Below are positions 57,426 through 64,000 of a DNA stretch of 64,000 nt, in pieces (position 1 is the stretch's first letter; every line of letters starts with the position of its first letter). The position numbers were made by a program, and so were the translations under genes. This DNA is from an uncultured Alphaproteobacteria bacterium (GTDB lineage: Bacteria > Pseudomonadota > Alphaproteobacteria > Micavibrionales > UBA1664). The notes under the pieces are model-generated. The model was given only the letters and a program-made list of their open reading frames with translations, made no database searches and was not told the origin of the DNA. The stretch is from NCBI GenBank assembly GCA_943789475.1, contig CALSUG010000006.1:199425-263424 (forward strand), in the 5' to 3' direction.

Positions 57426-58538
57426 ATGGATTTTGAAATTTTTCTCTCAACGACCCCTGGCTTGGAAAGTGCACTTTATGAAGAGGTTCGCAACAAAGGG
57501 TTCAAACAAGCAAAGAGAATCAAAGGTGGCGTTACGATTAGGGGAGGATGGCCAGAAGTTTGGCGTGCAAATTTATGGGTGCGTGGAGCGTCGCGTGTTT
57601 TAGCACGCATAACATCATTTAAGGTTACACATCTGGCACAATTAGAAACTCGAGCAGAAGGTGTTTCATGGAACGACATCCTTGATCCGCAATACTCTTT
57701 TCGTGTTGAGGTCAGCTGCTCTAAGTCACGTATATATCATTCAGGAGCCGCGGTTGAACGTATTGAGCGAGCCCTCAGCAAGATTTTAAAGATTCCGGCT
57801 TCATCCGAGGCCGAAATAACAATCATGGGCCGAATTGAGCACGACATATGCACACTCAGTGTTGATACATCGGGCGTGCTACTGCACAAGCGGGGTTTTA
57901 GAACTTCGATTAACAAAGCACCAATGCGCGAAAATATGGCAGCTCTTTTTTTACAGCAATGTGGTTACAAAGGAACAGAATCTGTTTTCGATCCCATGTG
58001 TGGCTCTGGCACTTTCATCATTGAGGCCGCCGAAATAGCCGCCCGTTTAAATCCCGGTCGATCAAGGCATTTCGCTTTTGAAAAACTTGTCACATTTGAT
58101 CCGCAAGTGTGGAAAAGAATGTGTGACGTTAAGCGGCAGGCCGAGACGGGCATTGTCTTTTATGGCAGTGATCGTGATGATGGCGCCGTGAAAATGAGTG
58201 GTGAAAATGCAGCACGTGCCGGCGTTGATAAACTCACCGAATTTAAACAACAAACAATTAGTGATATAACCCCCCCCACAAACACACCTGGCCTTGTAAT
58301 CATAAATCCACCGTATGGAAAACGCATTAGCGATGCACAAAAACTTAGACCACTATATCAAACCCTAGGTAAAATCTTACTGGAAAAATTTTCTGGCTGG
58401 CGTGTCGGCATCATCACGACCGATAAAGGGTTAGCTCAAGCGACAAACCTGCCCTTTCTACCGACAACAGCACCTGTCCAACATGGCGGTTTGCGCGTCA
58501 CACTTTTTCAGACAGATGCGCTTAATAGAAACAATTAG
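57426..58538 (+). CDS. THUMP-domain class I SAM-dependent RNA methyltransferase (RlmL/COG0116-like)
   Basis: 370 aa with DPMCGSGTFIIEAA (SAM motif) and INPPYG catalytic motif, plus an N-terminal THUMP-like region. Confidence 0.8.
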   Translation: MDFEIFLSTTPGLESALYEEVRNKGFKQAKRIKGGVTIRGGWPEVWRANLWVRGASRVLARITSFKVTHLAQLETRAEGVSWNDILDPQYSFRVEVSCSKSRIYHSGAAVERIERALSKILKIPASSEAEITIMGRIEHDICTLSVDTSGVLLHKRGFRTSINKAPMRENMAALFLQQCGYKGTESVFDPMCGSGTFIIEAAEIAARLNPGRSRHFAFEKLVTFDPQVWKRMCDVKRQAETGIVFYGSDRDDGAVKMSGENAARAGVDKLTEFKQQTISDITPPTNTPGLVIINPPYGKRISDAQKLRPLYQTLGKILLEKFSGWRVGIITTDKGLAQATNLPFLPTTAPVQHGGLRVTLFQTDALNRNN

Positions 58539-58600
58539 GGGTTAATGTCTCTGCGTCACTCACCATAGAGACATACAATTAAAATGAATTATTATTCGTT

Positions 58601-61600
58601 TTAATCAATCAAACAAGTTGTTTCACTTGAATTCCAAACCAGGCAAGATGCCGAAGAAGTAGATATTTGCAAATCTTCTAATTCATTTTTTTTCTGTTTA
58701 TTTTTCTTTTTGGAAGGTTTAGATACTTTGTTCTCAACAAATGTTGCCACATAATTATCTATATTATTATCTGGAACACCGGCAGCGGGGCCATTTTCAA
58801 ATATAAATTTATTATCTGTTCCCGTTACGGATGCAGGTGAGAGGTTTGCATGTGTTTCATGGTAAACCTCTGTTCCAATCAAACCATTAGGAGAAAAATC
58901 CAAATAATTCTTCGCATAAATTAAGAACCGACCGCTATCTGAATCAATGGCTGATGCACCAACATTGTTAACAAGATCACCTTCAATATTTAAAATAACG
59001 GTACTACCAGATCCTGATCCTGTAACAGCTCCACTGTTCAACACTATATCTCCTTGTGTACTCTCTAGATACACTACACCTCCACCAGTCAAACCATTAT
59101 CTACCGTTATAGTGCCTCCGAAGACACTCAAATCATATCCAGATGGAGAAACGTCAACATTATCTATATTAACAACACTTGTCGTTTCATCTTCACCAAT
59201 ACGCAGCTCGTTAACAGCAGAAAAACGATTGATATCTGTATTATCAAGAACCAACGTTCCTGCTCCAGATCCTAAACCAACTGTTGCTCCGACTGTTCTT
59301 GTTAGAAGGGTTAAATTATTCCCTGATGAGATGGTCGGTGTATTAAAAAAATCATAACTATCTGCGTTTAGCTTTATATTCGCGTTCGTTGTTGACACCT
59401 CCCCGTCACTCATAAAAATATCATCATTGTTTGAACCTGATCCTCGCCCCTCACCTGTAATGTTGATTTCACCGTCAACAGAGGTTACTTGCGTTCCAAC
59501 TTGTCTAATGTGAACACCGTGGTTAGAATTTGTTCCTTCTCCACCGACACCACTAATCACGATTGTTGCCGCATCTGTCCCTGTTCCTGTGGAAGATATT
59601 GCGGCACTATCGTTTATATAAACACCAAAATTTTCGTGGTCCGCTCCACTACTATTCCCCTCACCTACAATTGAAATATTCCCATCTACAGACGTTATCG
59701 TGGTTCCAGCCCCCTTAACATTAATACCAAAATTAGATCTACTTCCATGTCCTGCCGTTCCATTCAAAGTGATTGTTGCCGCATCTGCCCCCGTCCCCGT
59801 AGAAATAACATCTACTCCACGACTAAGAAATATTCCAACATTATTTTGACCTGCAACGTTTCCACCATTACCTGTGATTAGAATATCCCCATCTACCGAG
59901 GTTATCCGCGCATCATTTACGGCATTTATACCATGATTATATTGACTTCCTAATGCACCCGTACCAGTCAAAGTAATTTTTCCAGCATTCACCCCAACAC
60001 CTGTTGATAAAATTTTAGCGCTGTTAGAAAATTGAATTCCTACGTTTGACTGATCCGTACCATCACTTCCCCCTAAACCTGTAATCTGCAAATTTCCATC
60101 CACGACAGAGATTGTTGCGCTACTCCTACTATAATATCCAATATTACCTCGCCCACCAGCACCCCCAGTTGCATTGATGGTAATATCCGCGGCATTAACA
60201 CCCGTTCCTGTAGAAATAATGTCCGCGCCATTTTCTGTGTATAAACCATAATTACTATCACCACCGCTACCGTCACTTCCGCCAAGGGCCGTGATATTTA
60301 TATCACCTACAATAGAATTAATAATTGTATTACCATCAGTTAAATAAACACCATGATTTTGCGTTGTACCATTTCCACCTGTACCGTTTATTGTAATTTC
60401 TGAAGCATCTGAGCTTGTTCCTACCGATGATACTTCGGCGTTAGATGCCACTATAATACCGTAATTTTGGCCACCACTTCCATGACCACCCTGACCTATG
60501 ATCTCAACATTACCAGCAACCGATGTTATTTGCGTTCCTGTATCTTCAACACGCACTCCATAATTAAGACTATCTCCATTCGCTCCTGTACCGTTTATTG
60601 TAATTTTAGCAGCATTTACGCCAGTACCAGTTGATGCAATATCAGCATCAACTTCTATAAAAGTACCATAATTATAATTGCTTCCTGCTGCTCCATTGGA
60701 GCCACCTTGACCAGTGATATTAACATCACCATCAATTGAAGTGATTAAAGAACCTCCATTTGTATGTCTTATTCCATGGTTGTAATCACCGCCAGCGCCA
60801 CCAGTACCATCCAGTGTTATTTTCGCGGCATTTACACCTGTTCCCGTTGAGGTTATATCGGCGTCACCCATCAAAGTAATACCGTAATTCTGCGCACTCA
60901 CATCCGCTCCATTAGAGCCACCTTGACCAGTGATATTAACATCACCATCAATTGAAGTAATTAAGCTACCCGCATCATCAACACGAACACCGTGATTGTT
61001 ATCTTCACCAGCACCACCAGTACCATCCAGTGTTATTTTTGCGGCATTTGCACCTACTCCTGTTGAACTTATATTCGCTCCCGAGACAACACTAATCCCA
61101 TAGTTGTTGGCACTTCCTGCCGCTCCGTTGGATCCACCTTGGCCCGTAATATCAATATTCCCCTCTACAGATGTAAGAGATGCGCTATTTAAAGTAACCC
61201 CAACACCTCCACCTTGAGCTAAAGCTCCCGTACCATCCAGTGTTATTTTTGCGGCGTTCACACCCGTACCAGTTGAACTTATGTCTGTTCCTGATATAAG
61301 GTTAATCCCCACATTACCCGACGTTCCTACCGTCCCAAAAGAACCTGCTTGACCAACAAAATCAATGTCTCCATCAACGGAGGTTATTGTTAAATCTCGA
61401 CCATAAACCCCATAATTGTTATCTTCTCCAACGCCACCAGTCCCGTTAAAATTTAAAGTTGCTGCATTGACACCAGCTCCGGTTGAGGAAATAGTTGTAT
61501 CTTGGAGATATATACCAATATTACTATCGCTTCCCGCAACACCAGTCGTGCCACCTTGACCAGTGATATTAATATTACCTTCCGCCGAGGTAATGTCTGC

Positions 61601-63469
61601 CCCTCTTATATAAACACCTCGGTTATCATCTATACCATTACCACCAATACCATCCAATGTTATAGATCCAGTTGTTGACTGTATTGTTGATCCGCCACTA
61701 TAGCTAATACCATCTTGAGCTGATAACCCCGCATTATCTTGTCCATGGCCTTTAATACTTACATTTCCAGTCCCCGTAGAAATATTCGCCGAATTAAATC
61801 GAACACCATCGTCATTACTGGCTGTTCCATAAGCATAATCTGTCAGTGGATTTAGCCCACCACCAGCAACAAAATCACCGCCATTTGTTGTAATGTTGGC
61901 TATATTTACAAAAATAGATCCCGCATTATTGTTATCTGCATCTGAATTTAAAATAACATCCATCTCACCAGAGGTTGATGTAATATCCGCATTAACAAAA
62001 ATACTGTTATGTGCCTTTAATGTTAAAGATGCATCACCACCGGCTGTTTTTTCAATCTCGTCATCAACTGTAATATCACCATCTTGAGTATTCGCACCTG
62101 ATGCAGTCGTTTGAATAGTAACAGATGTCCCTCCATTCAACGCGGCCTCAATACTTGCCGTTGTTACATAAGCATCATCATCTGTTGAATCAAAATTTGG
62201 CCCACCCGTTACATTTGTATCAGGCGCTGAATCACGAATTATTATATTATTTGGGTCAAGCAACCACTGCCCCGCTTTACCATTTTCAGCTGAAGCGTTC
62301 ACAGATCCAGTAGACGTTAGTACTTTTTTACCAGATGTTTCAACAAGACCACCGTCACCACCGTTAGATCCACCTTTAGCTTCGATAGATCCCTTAAATA
62401 CTGTGGTATCATCCGACCAAACAATCACTTTACCGCCATCACCAGCATCTGTGGCGTTAGACGTTATTTTTGCGGCTTCAGAAACTGTTACAGTCTGAGA
62501 AGTTTTGGCATCACCTTTTCCTTGGTAATCACCACCAACCAATATATCACCACCACCTGACTTACCTGTGGCATTCAATGTTCCTGTCACATTCACATTA
62601 CCACCACCAAGTACAATTTTACCACCAACCTGAGTGATCGATGACACATCGACAATACCGTCCATATTAATAATATTGCTCACCACGTCATCAACCTGAG
62701 GAACAGATAACTGAACATGTCCTCCTCGCGCGCTGATAAGGCCGCTATTACTGATCAAGGCCTGTGACATTTCATCATCAACCGCAACCTCCACCAATCC
62801 ATCGCCATACAGATCTAATGTCGCGGTACTACCTGCGGACAAAGAAATGCGTCCCATTTTCGCAGTAATTACACCTCTATTATCAATAGTTGGTGCAACA
62901 AAGGCAGCCAATCCAGCCTCACCAACAGTTATTGTTCCACGATTGACAATTGAACCACCTGTATCGACATTAGTGATATTAATTTGACTATCACCATTCA
63001 TAAATTGTTGGTTATTAATATCGCCTGTTGTTGCAACAATGCCATTCACATCGATCTGAGAATTTTGACCAAAAATAATTCCATTACCATCCAAGATCAT
63101 CACCTGGCCATTAGATTTTAAATTTCCTAAAATCTGAGTTGGGTTGGATGCCTCGCCGACAACACGGTTAACAGCAATCGAGCTAGAACTAGGTTGAAAA
63201 AATTCTGTAGTCGCATCAACACCAATATTAAAACTATCCCAATTAATAACCGCACGGTCCGTTCCTTGGTGAATATTTAATCTATTATTATCAATATATT
63301 CTAAATTAATGGAGCCACCAACGACAGTACCATTTGTTGGTAATGTCGTGTTATCAAAGGCATTTGCTGTGCTCATAACAAAAAATGATGTGCTCAAAGC
63401 TAACGCTTTCCACAACGATTTTTTGTTATGTGATTTTTTTTTACATTCTTTTTTATGCATACATATCAA
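58601..63469 (-). CDS. two-partner secretion exoprotein (TpsA, filamentous-haemagglutinin family)
   Basis: 1622 aa with an extended signal peptide. TPS domain: NGTVVGGSINL...GTDRAVINWDSFNIG...QPSSSSIAVNRV...ILGNLKSNGQVMILDGNGIIFG. At least 10 tandem 72-aa beta-helix repeats (VNAAKITLDGTGG...ITSIDGDVNITGQGGSNGA). Confidence 0.9.
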   Translation of the reverse strand: MICMHKKECKKKSHNKKSLWKALALSTSFFVMSTANAFDNTTLPTNGTVVGGSINLEYIDNNRLNIHQGTDRAVINWDSFNIGVDATTEFFQPSSSSIAVNRVVGEASNPTQILGNLKSNGQVMILDGNGIIFGQNSQIDVNGIVATTGDINNQQFMNGDSQINITNVDTGGSIVNRGTITVGEAGLAAFVAPTIDNRGVITAKMGRISLSAGSTATLDLYGDGLVEVAVDDEMSQALISNSGLISARGGHVQLSVPQVDDVVSNIINMDGIVDVSSITQVGGKIVLGGGNVNVTGTLNATGKSGGGDILVGGDYQGKGDAKTSQTVTVSEAAKITSNATDAGDGGKVIVWSDDTTVFKGSIEAKGGSNGGDGGLVETSGKKVLTSTGSVNASAENGKAGQWLLDPNNIIIRDSAPDTNVTGGPNFDSTDDDAYVTTASIEAALNGGTSVTIQTTASGANTQDGDITVDDEIEKTAGGDASLTLKAHNSIFVNADITSTSGEMDVILNSDADNNNAGSIFVNIANITTNGGDFVAGGGLNPLTDYAYGTASNDDGVRFNSANISTGTGNVSIKGHGQDNAGLSAQDGISYSGGSTIQSTTGSITLDGIGGNGIDDNRGVYIRGADITSAEGNINITGQGGTTGVAGSDSNIGIYLQDTTISSTGAGVNAATLNFNGTGGVGEDNNYGVYGRDLTITSVDGDIDFVGQAGSFGTVGTSGNVGINLISGTDISSTGTGVNAAKITLDGTGALAQGGGVGVTLNSASLTSVEGNIDITGQGGSNGAAGSANNYGISVVSGANISSTGVGANAAKITLDGTGGAGEDNNHGVRVDDAGSLITSIDGDVNITGQGGSNGADVSAQNYGITLMGDADITSTGTGVNAAKITLDGTGGAGGDYNHGIRHTNGGSLITSIDGDVNITGQGGSNGAAGSNYNYGTFIEVDADIASTGTGVNAAKITINGTGANGDSLNYGVRVEDTGTQITSVAGNVEIIGQGGHGSGGQNYGIIVASNAEVSSVGTSSDASEITINGTGGNGTTQNHGVYLTDGNTIINSIVGDINITALGGSDGSGGDSNYGLYTENGADIISTGTGVNAADITINATGGAGGRGNIGYYSRSSATISVVDGNLQITGLGGSDGTDQSNVGIQFSNSAKILSTGVGVNAGKITLTGTGALGSQYNHGINAVNDARITSVDGDILITGNGGNVAGQNNVGIFLSRGVDVISTGTGADAATITLNGTAGHGSRSNFGINVKGAGTTITSVDGNISIVGEGNSSGADHENFGVYINDSAAISSTGTGTDAATIVISGVGGEGTNSNHGVHIRQVGTQVTSVDGEINITGEGRGSGSNNDDIFMSDGEVSTTNANIKLNADSYDFFNTPTISSGNNLTLLTRTVGATVGLGSGAGTLVLDNTDINRFSAVNELRIGEDETTSVVNIDNVDVSPSGYDLSVFGGTITVDNGLTGGGVVYLESTQGDIVLNSGAVTGSGSGSTVILNIEGDLVNNVGASAIDSDSGRFLIYAKNYLDFSPNGLIGTEVYHETHANLSPASVTGTDNKFIFENGPAAGVPDNNIDNYVATFVENKVSKPSKKKNKQKKNELEDLQISTSSASCLVWNSSETTCLID

Positions 63470-63699
63470 ACAATTAGAATATTTTCATCTCTCCCCATGA
63501 TAGAATATCAGAAACAGTTAACAAATCTATTAATCTTTGAGAAAAATTATCGTTGCAAATAACTATTGTATTTTGAGATTTATTAAAAAAACGTGATGTA
63601 GTATTAATATATTGTTAACTTTTGTAATTTTTGTATTTATACTACAAAGAGAAAACCATCATGAATTATTGTGACCCACCTTACTAAAAAGGAACTAAC

Positions 63700-64000
63700 A
63701 TGCTTTTAAAAAGCATCCAAAAATTATCGTTTTTTGTAGCAACACTTTATTGCTCCCTCACGATACCCTTAACAGCTTCTGCTCAATTATCTATCCCCAG
63801 TTCTGCAGAAATTGGCAGATCAGATTCGATGATTGAAAAACCCGATTTTAGACAAGTAACCTCCCCCAAAATAAACATTCCCGAAGTTCGTGTGGACAAG
63901 GCACCAGATGGTGCAGAAAACGTAAATTTTGTTCTAAGCAACATTAACTTAAAAGGTGTTAGTGCATACAATATCGCAGATTTACACCCCTTATGGAGCG
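63700..64000 (+). CDS. TpsB outer-membrane transporter (ShlB/FhaC/HecB family), 5' part only; runs off the window
   Basis: ATG at 63700, signal peptide ...LTASA-QL, then the POTRA-type start VNFVLSNINLKGVSAYNIADL. The frame is open to the window end. Absent from the ORF track because there is no stop. Confidence 0.7.
   Translation, partial: MLLKSIQKLSFFVATLYCSLTIPLTASAQLSIPSSAEIGRSDSMIEKPDFRQVTSPKINIPEVRVDKAPDGAENVNFVLSNINLKGVSAYNIADLHPLWS

Overview
This is a 64-kb AT-rich chromosomal window from a Gram-negative bacterium. The protein signatures look alphaproteobacterial, but that is inference only. Contents in order: (1) Housekeeping genes: rnpB, an AmpD-like amidase, a TauE-type permease and infC. 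(2) A LapA-like type I secretion locus on the minus strand: a 2483-aa repeat adhesin with RTX/T1SS C-terminus, TolC, an ABC exporter with a C39-like domain, and HlyD. (3) A truncated sensor kinase plus a periplasmic binding protein. (4) tRNA-Trp followed by a ~6.8-kb integrative element carrying a large serine recombinase, a gpII-like Rep, a SpoVG-like protein, a membrane ClpP-like protein and orphans. Joining its two ends in silico rebuilds an attP-like dyad. A second large serine recombinase follows and abuts a 5'-truncated renalase-like gene. (5) A 13.5-kb photo-oxidative-stress cluster with an embedded OmpR/HK pair: FeS-BCP and CPD photolyases, DUF2256, DUF2805, SOUL, an amine-oxidase/DUF1365/CFA-synthase trio of the furan-fatty-acid type, DUF3833, SDRs and an MFS transporter. 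(6) An H-NOX / hybrid kinase / sigma-54 activator circuit, with a consensus sigma-54 promoter in front of a divergent REC-domain gene. (7) A frameshifted NmrA-like gene. (8) A compact accessory operon: NAD-kinase-like, 892-aa glutamine-dependent NAD synthetase, and a 394-aa orphan. (9) A czcI-czcC' remnant fused to the 3' end of an inositol-monophosphatase-family (IMPase) gene. (10) Secreted orphans, including a poly-Gly lipoprotein. (11) A THUMP RNA methyltransferase. (12) A two-partner secretion pair: a 1622-aa TpsA and a divergent, partial TpsB. A ~165-nt repeat family (3 copies, same orientation) sits at module boundaries. I saw no rRNA, CRISPR array, transposase or reverse transcriptase. 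The best follow-up targets are the tRNA-Trp island with its att architecture and the repeat family, the NAD module, and the H-NOX to sigma-54 circuit. All functional calls rest on motif recognition by eye; no database search was possible.
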